Below are positions 11,729-23,639 of a stretch of 64,000 nucleotides of DNA, in pieces. The notes under the pieces were generated by a model, which ran no database searches, was not told where the DNA came from, and saw only the letters and a program-made list of their open reading frames with translations. Each line of letters opens with the position of its first letter. Positions within the stretch are counted from its first letter, which is position 1. The position numbers and the translations under genes are program-made. The stretch comes from Chrysemys picta bellii (taxonomy: Eukaryota), in contig NC_088803.1 in assembly GCF_011386835.1 (NCBI RefSeq), forward strand, positions 11,718,001 through 11,782,000. Reading direction: 5' to 3'.

Positions 11729-14557
11729 AGTGAGGGGAGAGGAAAGGGCAGCTGTACTGTATAATGGGCACTAGGGGCAGCAGAGGGTTTGGGATTCACT
11801 GCACATTAAGGGATTAGGCCTTTTGAAAATGCTACTAGATGCCTATTTGCATCTGTAGATGCCCAAATATCTTTAAACATTTGTCCCATAACACTCATTG
11901 AAAGTCAATGTGACTTAGGCACCTAACTCACTTAAACACTTTTGTAAATCCCCTGAGATACCAATGTCCATCTGTCAGTGCCTAATACCTTAGGAAATCT
12001 GCCCTTTTTCTCTTTCTACCTGAATTATCTGTGTTTAAATTGAGGATAATACTCTTCTCTACCTCTCACAGCAGCTCGGAGGATAAATACTTTTAAGTTT
12101 TTGGGATTCTCAGAGACTTTGTTGATGGGGGACAGGTAATGGTGACATAGACAGGACAATGGAGTGTATCTCATCAAACTTGTGAAGAGACTGAAGTCAA
12201 GCGTTTTACTGTCTGCATGATTTTCCTTTGAGGTTAGATGTTCTCCATCATTAAACTTGTTTGTACAGTCTGATGGATTTCTGATAAATGGTCCCTTCCC
12301 ACAGTTTAAAATTCCCAGCTGCAGAAATGCCCAGGGAGATCTCATCCTCTCACAGAAAGGATAATTTATCCCAGATAAATATTGAATCGAGAGAGTCTTT
12401 TGCACTTTCATAAAAAAACACAAGGCAGAATATGCCATCCAGATCAACAGATCTGAGAACACCGTGAGGAAGAACCCAGTCTCTATATCCATGGTGCCTT
12501 ATATCCTAGGTGAGTGCTCTCACTGCTAGGATGAAACTTATGAGGGAGCTACTTCTGGTCAGAAGAAACCCCTGACTCAAAAGAGGGTTCACAGCTGAGA
12601 ATGCAAAGCCCAGACCAGTGTTTCTGTCCAGTCCAGACTGAGGCATCCAACTCCCTAAGAGTGCTCGGGACACACTATACCTCTCCTTGATATCTTAGGT
12701 GGCTCCCCGCTGAGCGAGCTGGCTTTTGTGAATCCCATTTTGAGGTGCCTATCTCTCCCACCATTCATTCTATAGAATGCCTGGCTGCTAAATTCAGGTT
12801 TTGTGAATCCCAGTGATTTTCTAGGTGCCTATGTCCCTTTGTGGTTTTCTGGTTTGAAGAATCAGAGAAGATGAAACACAGGCCAGTCCATCTTCATTCT
12901 CTCCCCACTGCAGGATTTTCCCTCATCGAATGTTATCAGCTATGTTTATTGAGGTATATTACAGACACTCTCTGTCTCTCTCTCTTCTCATATACTCTCT
13001 CTGTTTCTCATTTAGACCCTCTGCTGACCTGGGAATATTGGATGTATGTAGTGATAGATGAATGTAGCTCACTCTAAATGTACAAAGAGTTCAGGGAGCA
13101 TGAGTTAATATTGAATCTCCTCTCACTGCTTTCTTGTTAATTTAATTGAAATGTTTGGAAGATGCAAGCCTGGAAAACTAATATTCAAGATCAAGATGTT
13201 TTGACATCCATTCCTGGGATGGAGTCCAGTATACATGGGATGTTCTAGAAGTTTTGACTTGAGATTGGTTAGTTATAGACACTGAAAAAGTCCTATTTCT
13301 TACTCAACATTTTATTCCTGGGATAGTTTCTTTTTGTGATTTGGGGTCATCTCTTTTTTTCAAGAAGTTCACATATTGAACATTAGATCACGTCAAACAT
13401 ATTATAATTTCTACCAAAAATGTCAAAGGAAATTAATATTGTTTTTCTCAACACCTTTCCCTGAATTTTTCTTGTATTTTTTTTTTAAATCAGAATGAAT
13501 ACCCACCAAAGGAATAGTTGTGGTTCTCAATAAACCCAAAACATCATATTACATTTTTAGAACGCTGGAAAAAATTGGTTTTTTTTTTTAATTTTTCAAA
13601 GGAAATTTTAACAATTTCAGTGATAATCAATATTCTCCATTTAATAAGGAAGCCAATTTTCATCACAGTACAGAACAAAGAAACACAAAAAGTTCAACAA
13701 ACCTTTTTAGTTTCCCAATTCATAGTTACATTTAATACACCTGTTAGAATCTGCAATGAAATTCAGAGCAACCTGGCCACCAGGAATTTACACAGGGTTT
13801 TAGGCAAGTTATTTCAGAATATTTGGAAAGTCTGTGGGCTAGAGGATTTAATGGGAGAACTCACCTTTGTGTAATTTCTGAGTTGGGTGTACTATGAAAC
13901 AAATCACATTAAGGCACATAAGTGCTTTTGAAAATCCCACTAGATGCCTAAGTACCTTTCAAAATCAGGCCATTCGACTCTTGAAAATTTTACCCTTTCT
14001 TCCCAAATCCCTTATGGTTCTTTGAAAATCCCAGACTAAGTAAGCAAGTGTGATTTATCTTCCTGGTCCATAGGACTCTCACAGAAGAATCTCATGCTAA
14101 ATGAAAAATAAGGCAATAAGAAAGCATTTTTCTCAGCTGAAGTGTATATAATCTTGATGCCAGCTGATGAGCTTCAGTTATAATGAAACTGTTTCCAGAT
14201 TCAGAAGTATTCAACTAGAAGTATGGGATTCAAACGTCAGGAACTTGACCTTTAAGGATGATAGACATGTTTTTATATTTTTGTTAGCTTCACGGGTATA
14301 CATTATATATTTTTACGTGTAGGCAGAATGAGGAATTGGAAAGTCAGGAAATCTTATAAAAGTAGACTAAGTAGAAGTGAGGGAGGTATCTTCCATTATA
14401 GAGAATGGTTTAAATCTTGACTGTCTCATTTTTCAATTCACTGGGCCAGATATCCAATGCAAGTGCAGTCAAGGGGTCAGAACTTCACCTGGTGTAAACT
14501 GGTGTAGCTCTGGAAAGTTATTGCAGCTCTGCTGATATAAAACAGTTGGAAGATATG

Positions 14558-14991
14558 GGGCCAGATTTTCAAAGGAGTTTATGAGCACCTTAAGATGCAT
14601 ACAGGTTCATAGTGCAATTTTCAAAAGGTCCCGAGTAGGCTGGGCACAAAAAAGCTCATCTAGCTTTGAAAGCTCCACTAAAGGGCTAGAATCACAAAGG
14701 CTTGTTGATATTGTCAATGTGCCTAAATTTTAGGCATCTAGAAAATCACCGGGATGATCTGCTCTGGTGTGGGGCAGAAACGTAGCCACCTGGGGGACTT
14801 TTACAACCAAAAATTAGGCGCTGAACAAGTTTAGGCATCTTCGGGTTTGGGGGGCTTCTGAGTGGCGATTTTGTGAATTCCAGTGGGGCCTGATAATGGG
14901 ATTTCGGTGCCTAAAGTGGCAGTTAGGCAGCTGAATCCTGTTGTGACTCCAGTCCTAGGCAGCTACCTAAATAACTTTGAAAATCAGGCCC
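14558..14991. mobile_element. Nested Harbinger-type MITEs (inner ~14683-14955); copies at ~22791-23224, ~31317-31746, ~39885-40337
   Basis: Outer TIR gggccagattttcaaag / ctttgaaaatcaggccc; inner gggctagaatcaca / tgtgactccagtcc. Confidence 0.6.
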
Positions 14992-15406
14992 TGGTTGCTT
15001 AAGAAAGAAAGTTGTCTGTCAGTTTTCAGTAACTCAGAAGGGATTTGGATTCTTTCCAAACAAGTGTATGGGAATAGTTGGGAAAACATGGTGTGTGCAT
15101 GATACCAATGAGATCAGAATTAGAGCTGGAAGAAATGGAGATGGCACCAGTTGTGTCAACCAGGTTTGTGGCTAATGAAATGTCAAGTCACTTTTAAGCT
15201 ACCATCAGATGCCTCAAGCATCAGCAATACCAAAAGCATGCATGTTCATTGTCTCAGCTATCAGCTGAAACATACCGCCAGTAATCAGCAGGAAAGGGGG
15301 AGTTTAAATTATCTTTATAAATTATAATGATTGACTCTGTATTAATTTTCTAACTTCATCAAGTACAATTGTAGAGCTTTTGTTTAATTTTCTGTAGGGA
15401 CTGTTC

Positions 15407-16366
15407 ATGGAAAACAGAGACAGGAGAAATCAATCAGTGACGGAATTCAGCCTCCTGGGATTCGGGAATCTCCCTGAACTGCAGACCCTTCTCTTCCTGG
15501 TGTTTCTAGTAATCTACATTGCGACCATGGCCGGGAACATCCTCATCACAGCCCTAGTTGTGGCTGATCAGCACCTTCATACCCCCATGTATTTTTTCCT
15601 TGGGAACTTGTCTTGTTTAGAGACCTGCTACAGCTCCACTGTCCTGCCTAGAATGCTGGCCAGTCTCCTGTCTGGGGACAGAACCATTTCTGTTAGCAGC
15701 TGCATCATACAATTGTATTTCTTTGGTGCTCTGGTGGGTACAGAATGTTTCCTCTTATCCATGATGTCATATGATCGGTATTTAGCGATATGCAAACCAC
15801 TGCATTATACAGTCCTCATGAATGATAGGTTCTGTCTCCAGCTAACTGTTGGATCTTGGATGAGTGGGTTTCTAGCTATGATCATAGTAATAATATTGAT
15901 GTCACAGTTAACTTTTTGTGGTCCAACAGAAATAAACAGTTTCTTTTGTGATTTCATCCCAGTAATAAAACTCTCCTGCAGTGATCTCCATGTGCTGAAG
16001 GTGGTTGCTTTCATATGCTCTTCAATATTCTCAGTGATTCCATTCATTTTAACTCTGACATCCTACATTTGCATCATCATCACCATCCTCAGAATCCCTT
16101 CCACCACTGGGAAGCAAAAGGCATTTTCCACCTGCTCTTCGCACCTCATCGTTGTTACCATTTACTATGGGACACTAATCATTGCCTATATGTTACCAAA
16201 AACTGATACGTTGAGAAACCTGAATAAAGTATTCTCTGTCTTCTACACTGTCATTACACCTTTGCTCAACCCCCTCATCTACAGCCCGAGAAACAAAGAA
16301 GTCAAGGAGGCCCTCAGAAAAGCTCTAAGTAAATGTGTGGCTTTTGCAAGAGTCATGGAAATGTAG
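15407..16366 (+). CDS. Class II olfactory receptor (OR11/OR6-like), copy A, 319 aa; YSLRN changed to YSPRN
   Basis: Intact ORF with GN, LHTPMYFFL, MSYDRYLAIC, KAFSTCSSHL and NPLIYS motifs. Acceptor ttttctgtag lies 9 nt before the ATG. Confidence 0.96.
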   Translation: MENRDRRNQSVTEFSLLGFGNLPELQTLLFLVFLVIYIATMAGNILITALVVADQHLHTPMYFFLGNLSCLETCYSSTVLPRMLASLLSGDRTISVSSCIIQLYFFGALVGTECFLLSMMSYDRYLAICKPLHYTVLMNDRFCLQLTVGSWMSGFLAMIIVIILMSQLTFCGPTEINSFFCDFIPVIKLSCSDLHVLKVVAFICSSIFSVIPFILTLTSYICIIITILRIPSTTGKQKAFSTCSSHLIVVTIYYGTLIIAYMLPKTDTLRNLNKVFSVFYTVITPLLNPLIYSPRNKEVKEALRKALSKCVAFARVMEM

Positions 16367-16829
16367 GGTTGGAAGGGACCTTGAGAGGTCATCTCGTCCA
16401 ACCACCTGCACTGAGGCAGGAACAAATAAACCTAGACCATCCCTGAGAAGGGTTTGACCAGTCTGTTGTTAAAAATCTCCAGTGACTGGGATTCCACAAC
16501 CTCTGTTGGAAGCTTGTTCCAGACCTTAACTAGCATTATAGATAGAATCTTTTTCTTCTATCTCACCTAAATCCCTTGCTGCAGATGAAGCCAGTTTCTT
16601 TTTGTCCTACCGTCTGTGGACATGGAGAACAATTGATCACTCTCCTTGTTAGACCAGACCTTAACATATTTGCGGACAGTCATCTGATTCCCCCTTCAGT
16701 CTTTTTTCTCAATACTAAATATGCCCAGTTTTTTTTAAGCTTTCGCCACATATCAGGTTTTCTAAAGCTTTCATCATTTTTGTTGCTCTCCTTTGGACTC
16801 TGCATTTTGTCCGCAGCCTTCCTGAAATT
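16349..16829 (-). mobile_element. CR1 3' end fragment overlapping the last codons of OR copy A
   Basis: agagtcatggaaatgtagggttggaagggaccttgagaggtcatc is an antisense CR1 terminus. Continues to ...gttgctctcctttggactct...cttcctgaaat. Confidence 0.88.
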
Positions 16830-17191
16830 CATATAGTCCAAGTTAATGTTTTTAAGGTAAAATAAAATGTGAAATTATTGTTATATGGGATTGTCTCTTG
16901 TTATTTGAATATTACTTATTCATGCGAGTGGTCCTATTGAAGTCAACAATACTAGGCATGTGAATATAATTTGTAACTGGAATTTCTCAAAGGTAGCTCA
17001 ATGGGTTGATTCAAAGGAAGTTCAATGGGATTTTTTTATCTCTAGACACCCTTAAAAGTCCCAACCTCCACACACAAAAACCTGTAGAGATGATGGATTA
17101 GGGGGCAGAGTGCAGAGGGGGAAGCCAACGGGGCATGTTAAATTAACTGATCATATGGCTTTGAATTTTATCCCACAAGTGTAATCTCTAC

Positions 17192-18093
17192 TGTTAGGAT
17201 ATAGATATTCAGGCCTGTCTCTAAAGGTGTATATTTTAAGAATTTCGGTACATGTTTCTCACGTAGCTAGTTATAGAGGTATAAAAGAAAGAATCAAAAT
17301 CACTGTCTGCCGGTGTAAGGGCCTTCTCTCACTGTGACAGTCTGAGGCCCTGTTCTTAAGCTACGGCCTTTGGCTAAGCAGCAGAGGCAACCATAAACTG
17401 GAAAGGCTATGGTCGCATCCTCACATTCCAAAGTAATCACATTGAAATAAGGCAATCAGGGGCTGTTAGAAAGGTGATCCGATCTATCACCTCCAGAGGA
17501 AGGGAAAAGCCTAAAAAATTTAAAGAAAACTGATAGCATCCTGTCTGTCAAGAACTCACTTATCAACAGCTGGGGTGTAAAATCCTCATTTCTTTGTTGT
17601 TCTATCACTGTAGTCCCCACTTCTCTATTGTTTGTCTGTATTATCTCTGTCTGGTTCTGTGATTGTTTCTGTCTGCTGTATAATTAATTTTGTTGCGTGT
17701 AAATCAATTAAGGTGGTGGAATATAACTGGTTAAATAATTATGTTAAAATATGTTAGAATTGGTTAATTAAATTTCAGTAAAATGATTGGTTAAGGTGTA
17801 GGTAAGCAGAACTCAAGTTTTATTATATAGTCTGCAGTCAATCAGGAAGTAGGGGGGGAATTGGAAGCATGTTTTGCTAAGACGGGGAATGGGAACAGGG
17901 ACATAGGCAAGGCTCTATGGTTTTAGAGGTGGGAAAGGGGACACTGAGGAAGAAAATTAAAATCATTGCTTGCTGAAACTTCACCCCAATAAACATCAAA
18001 TTGTTTGCACCTTCGAACTTTGGGTATTGTTGCTCTCTATTTATTCAAGAAGAACCAGGGAAGTAAAAGGGTAAAGAAATAAGACCTCTAACA
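17192..18093 (+). mobile_element. Solo LTR, 902 bp, 5-bp TSD TCTAC
   Basis: TG...CA ends; TCTAC at 17187-17191 and 18094-18098; AATAAA at 17988. Confidence 0.92.
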
Positions 18094-19644
18094 TCTACCC
18101 ATGGGTGTCACCAGGCTGTAGTTCATTTTATCATTGTGTTATTTGGTGTTATGCTCATTTCATGTGCTTTTTCATATATAGTCAATGTATGTTAAATAGA
18201 TTTACGTTGTAGGATTATAGCAGTAAAAAACTGAAAAGTATTTCGGATGATGAGTGTGTATTAGGTATATAAGTAAAGCATGGGTGGAACACAAGGCCTA
18301 CAGGCTGAGGCCTGTAAGAATTTAGCTAAGCCAGACTAGATCATAGGCTTAAGAATGCTTGATATGGGTGGATGACATAGGAATAGCCCTATACCAGTAA
18401 GGTCACAAGATAACTGTAAAAGATCTGTCAATAGGTGATGTTATGGAAAAATAGATTGCAATAGATCGCAACGTACTGCCCAAGATTACGAGACGCCTGA
18501 ATGTAAAATGAAATATCCTGTCCTGACAGCAATATACATGTTGTATATAGATGATAATAAGTGTAGTAGAAAGAGAGCCCGAGACATAAGGCCTTGTATC
18601 AGAGGCTCAGTGTGAGGCCTAAGGCCTGAACTAAAGTAGTGGTCCTGCTTTGCTGATATAAAGCAAAGAAGCAAAGTTAGCAGAAGTCAGGCTCTGCCTG
18701 CTTGTAAGCTCACAGCACAGGGCTGGTATTACAAAAACACACACATTCCTGAAAAGTGCACTCATGCTAGGTTCTCAACTCATCAGCCATCATCTCTCTT
18801 TGGCAGAAACCAAACTCTTCTCCCTCCTGAACAGGTTTTTGCACAGTTCCCTGCCTATGGTATGACAACCCCAGAAAGCCAGGCCATGTGAAAGACCAGT
18901 GTCTCCTTTGCTGTCTCTTTGAAGGCTATGGACAACTGTAAAAGGCAAGTGCCAAGTGTGTTAGGTGTCTGCAGGATTCAGCATCAGTTGAGCGGGGATT
19001 TCTTGAATACCAGTGGGACTTGATTCTGGCATTTAAACACCTATTTCCCATCGTGAATCTAGCCCTTCTTGCTCTCGTTTCAAGTAGAGGCAAAGGTAGT
19101 CTTACATTTCAGACAGGCGAACTGCAAGCTTCAGTCTCTGATGTCTGCCCTTCCGTCAGGATTTCAGGCCCAGGAGATGGTCTTCAGTCAAGTAATTGAA
19201 TTCTTTCAGTAAAGGTCTCCCCTTTGTGTCAGCCATCTTTTTTTTATTATGAAATTGTATTGCCTTTGAGTTCCTCATGAAATGAAAGGAAATATAACAC
19301 CTTTGAAATTTTGTGAACATTTTTCTAATCTTTATACATCTGCTTTTTAATAAATTGATTCATTAGTTGCTTCCTAGAAAGCTAAAACAGGGTAGAGATG
19401 ACAAACAGGTTACTCTCTAGTTATATATGTGTGGTGGAGCAGTATAGAGACTGTAGTGAAGGTTGGGTCAAGGTTTTCAGTTGAACAAGAGTCATTTTCC
19501 TTGCTCCATTCTATGTCCATGTGATTATCTAGGACATTACACTTAGAATGTATCACGTCCTTTGGTCTTTTTCTGGTGCATAATAAGTATTACTAGTTTG
19601 TTTCCTTCTTCTTTCTTTCCCATATCATCCCTCCACAGACTGTA

Positions 19645-19963
19645 TGCTAGTACTTGAACCCCATCTTTATACTCCAGTGTATTTCTTCCAGGTTAACTGA
19701 TCCTTCTTAGACCCTTTTTACTCCTCTGTCACCCTCCCCAAACTCATGGCTAACGCTTTCATCAACACCAGATTGATTTCTTTCTCTGGATGTGTTGAAC
19801 AAAACTATATAGTTGTCACTTTCGTTGCTACAGAGAGGAATCTTCTTTCTTTTCATACAGCAATGACATATGTCTGCTATGTTGCCATATCCAACCTCTG
19901 CCTTAGAGGGTTTTATCATGAACAGGGGCAAATGTGCCTAGATGTCAGCTGGTTCTTGGAGAC
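19645..19963 (+). pseudogene. OR14-like pseudogene fragment, unit B (A-type, N-terminal deletion)
   Basis: Near-identical to 11411-11728. Confidence 0.85.
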
Positions 19964-22900
19964 AATGAGGGGAGAGGAAAGGGCAGCTGTACTGTATAAT
20001 GGGCATTAGGGGCAGCAGAGGGTTTGGGATTCACTGCACATTAAGTGCTTAGGCCTTTTGAAAATCCCACTAGATGCCTATTTCATCTGTAGATGCCCAA
20101 ATATCTTTAAACATTTGTCCCATAACACTCATTGAAAGTCAATGTGATTTAGGCACCTAACTCACTCACACACTTTTGTAAATCCCCCAAGATACCTATC
20201 TCCATCTGTCAGTGCTTAATAACTTTGTAAATCTGCCTTTTTTCTCTTTCTACCTGAATTATGTGTGTTGAAATTGAGGATAATACTCTTCTCTACCCCT
20301 CACAGCAGCTTGGAGGATAAATACTTTCAAGATTTTGGGGTGCTCAAAGACTTTGTTGATGGGGGACAGGTAATGGTGACATAGACAGGACAATGGAGTG
20401 TATCTCATCAAACTTGTGAAGAGACTAATGTCAAGAGTTTTACTGTCTGCATGATTTTCCTTTGAGATTAGATGTTCTCCATCATTAAACTTGTTTGTAC
20501 AGTCTGATGGATTTCTGATAAATGGTCCCTTCCCACAGTTTAAAATTCCCAGCTGCAGAAATGCCCAGGGAGATCTCATCCTCTCACAGAAAGGATAATT
20601 TATCCCAGATAAATATTGAATCGAGAGAGTCTTTTGCACTTTCATAAAAAAACAAAAGGCAGAATATGCCATCCAGATCAACAGATCTGAGAACACCGTG
20701 AGGAAGAACCCAGTCTCTATATCCATGGTGCCTTATATCCTAGGTGAGTGCTCTCACTGCTAGGATGAAACTTATGAGGGAGCTACTTCTGGTCAGAAGA
20801 AATCTGTGACTCTAAAGAGGGTTCACAGCTGAGAATGCAAAGCCCAGAGCAGTGTTTTTGTCCAGTCCAGACTGAGGCATCCAACTCCCTAAGAGTGCTC
20901 GGGACACACTACACCTCTCCTTGACATCTTAGGTGGCTCCCCGCTGAGCGAGCTGGCTTTTGTGAATCCCATTTTGAGGTGCCTATCTCTCCCACCATTC
21001 ATTCTATAGAATGCCTGGCTGCTAAATTCAGGTTTTGTGAATCCCAGTGATTTTCTAGGTGCCTATGTCCCTTTGTGGTTTTCTGGTTTGAAGAATCAGA
21101 GAAGATGAAACACAGGCCAGTCCATCTTCATTCTCTCCCCACTGCAGGATTTTCCCTCATCGAATGTTATCAGCTATGTTTATTGAGGTATATTACAGAC
21201 ACTCTCTGTCTCTCTCTCTTCTCATATACTCTCTCTGTTTCTCACTTAGACCCTCTGCTGACCTGGGAATATTGGATGTATGTAGTGATAGATGAATGTA
21301 GCTCACTCTAAATGTACAAAGAGTTCAGGGAGCATGAGTTAATATTGAATCTCCTCTCACTGCTTTCTTGTTAACTTAATTGAAATGTTTGGAAGATGCA
21401 AGCCTGGAAAACTAATATTCAAGATCAAGATGTTTTGACATCCATTCCTGGGATAGAGTCCAGTATACATGGGATGTTCTAGAAGTTTTGACTTGAGATT
21501 GGTTAGTTATAGACACTGAAAAAGTCCTATTTCTTACTCAACATTTTATTCCTGGGATAGTTTCTTTTTGTGATTTGGGGTCATCTCTTTTTTTCAAGAA
21601 GTTCACATATTGAACATTAGATCACGTCAAACATATTATAATTTCTACCAAAAATGTCAAAGGAAATTAATATTGTTCTTCTCAACACCTTTCCCTGAAT
21701 TTTTCTTGTTTTTTTTTCAAAACAGAATGAATACCCAATAAAGGAACAGTTGTGGTTCTCAATAAACCCAAAACATCATTTTACATTTTTAGAACGCTGG
21801 AAAAAATTGGTATTTTTTTTTAATTTTTCAAAGGAAATTTTAACAATTTCAGTGATAATCAATATTCTCCATTTAATAAGGAAGCCATTTTTCATCACAG
21901 TACAGAACAAAGAAACACAAAAAGTTCAACAAACCTTTTTAGTTTCCCAATTCATAGTTACATTTAATACATCTGTTAGAATCTGCAATGAAATGCAGAG
22001 CAACCTGGCCACCAGGCATTTACACAGGGTTTTAGGCAAGTTATTTCAGAATATTTGGAAAGTCTGTGGGCTAGAGGATATAATGGGAGAACTCACCTTT
22101 TTGTAATTTCTGAGTTGGGTGTACTATGAAACAAATCACATTAAGGCACATAAGTGCTTTTGAAAATCCCACTAGATGCCTAAGTACCTTTCAGAATCAG
22201 GCCATTAGACTTTTGAAAATGTTACCCTTTCTGCCTAAATCCCTTATGCTTCTTTGAAAATCCCAGACTAAGTAAGCAAGTGTGATTTATCTTCTTGGTC
22301 CATAGGACTCTCACAGAAGAATCTCATGCTAAATGAAAAATAAGGCAATAAGAAAGCATTTTTCTCAGCTGAAGTGTATATAATCTTGATGCCAGCTGAT
22401 GAGCTTCAGTGATAATGAAACTGTTTCCAGATTCAGAAGTATTCAACTAAAAGTATCGGATTCAAATGTCAGGAACTTGATCTTAAAGGATGATAGACAT
22501 GTTTTTATATTTTTGTTAGCTTCACGGGTATACTATTATATATTTTTACGTGTAGGTTGAATGAGGAATTGGAAAGTCAGGAAATCTTATAAAAGTAGAC
22601 TAAGTAGAAGTGAGGGAGGTATCTTCCATTATAGAGAATGGTTTAAATCTTGACTGTCTCATTTTTCAATTCACTGGGCCAGATATCCAATGCAAGTGCA
22701 GTCAAGGGGTCAGATCTTCACCTCGAGTAAATTGGTGTAGCTCTGGAAAGTTATTGCAGCTCTGCTGATATAAAACAGTTTGAAGATATGGGGCCAGATT
22801 TTCAAAGGAGTTTATGAGCGCCTTAAGATGCATATAGGTTCATAGTACAATTTTCAAAAGGTCCCGAGTAGGCTGGGCACAAGAAAGCTCATCTAGCTTT

Positions 22901-23639
22901 GAAAGCTCCACTAAAGGGCTAGAATCACAAAGGCTTGTTGATATTGTCAATGTGCCTACATTTTAGGCATCTAGAAAACCACTGGGATGGTCTGCTCTGG
23001 TGTGGGGCAGAAACGTAGCCACCTGGGGGACTTTTACAACCAAAAATTAGGCGCTGAACAAGTTTAGGCATCTTCGGGTTTGGGGGGCTTCTGAGTGGCG
23101 ATTTTGTGAATTCCAGTGGGGCCTGATAATGGGATTTCGGTGCCTAAAGTGGCAGTTAGGCAGCTGAATCCTGTTGTGACTCCAGTCCTAGGCAGCTACC
23201 TAAATAACTTTGAAAATCAGGCCCTGGTTGCTTAAGAAAGAAAGTTGTCTGTCAGTTTTCAGTAACTCAGAAGGGATTTGGATTCTTTCCAAACAAGTGT
23301 ATGGGAATAGTTGGGAAAACATGGTGTGTGCATGATACCAATGAGATCAGAATTAGAGTTGGAAGAAATGGAGATGGCACCAGTTGTGTCAACCAGGTTT
23401 GTGGCTAATGAAATGTCAAGTCACTTTTAAGCTACCATCAGATGCCTCAAGCATCAGCAATACCAAAAGCATGCATGTTCATTATCTCAATTATCAGCTG
23501 AAACATACCGCCAGTAATCAGCAGGAAAAGGAGAGTTTAAATTATCTTTATAAATTATAATGATTGACTCTGTATTAATTTTCTAACTTCATCAAGTACA
23601 ATTGTAGAGGTTTTGTTTAATTTTCTGTAGGGACTGTTC

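Larger units (their letters stand above)
5363..18112 (+). repeat. Tandem array unit A (ancestral A-type haplotype, 12.75 kb including a CR1 insertion and an undeleted LTR region)
   Basis: Homology to the downstream units starts at aggctgtagttcattt (5363; also 18113, 26332, 34868). Confidence 0.9.

Noticed and set aside
12025-12492. ~150-aa minus-strand ORF recurring in all four units (also 20259, 28773, 37590)
   Set aside because: The recurrence is due to the duplication. Starts differ between copies, it overlaps MIR- and MITE-like sequence, and it has no recognisable domain.
12841-13874. Repeated plus-strand ORFs of 78 and 118 aa (also 21075/21750 and 29562/30279)
   Set aside because: Low-complexity AT- and CT-rich non-coding DNA. 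The frames are deleted or broken in unit D; no protein motifs.
15805-16206. Antisense and alternative-frame ORFs inside the OR genes, including a poly-His stretch
   Set aside because: Shadow frames of hydrophobic OR codons (ATC repeats); identical in the copies only because the ORs are.
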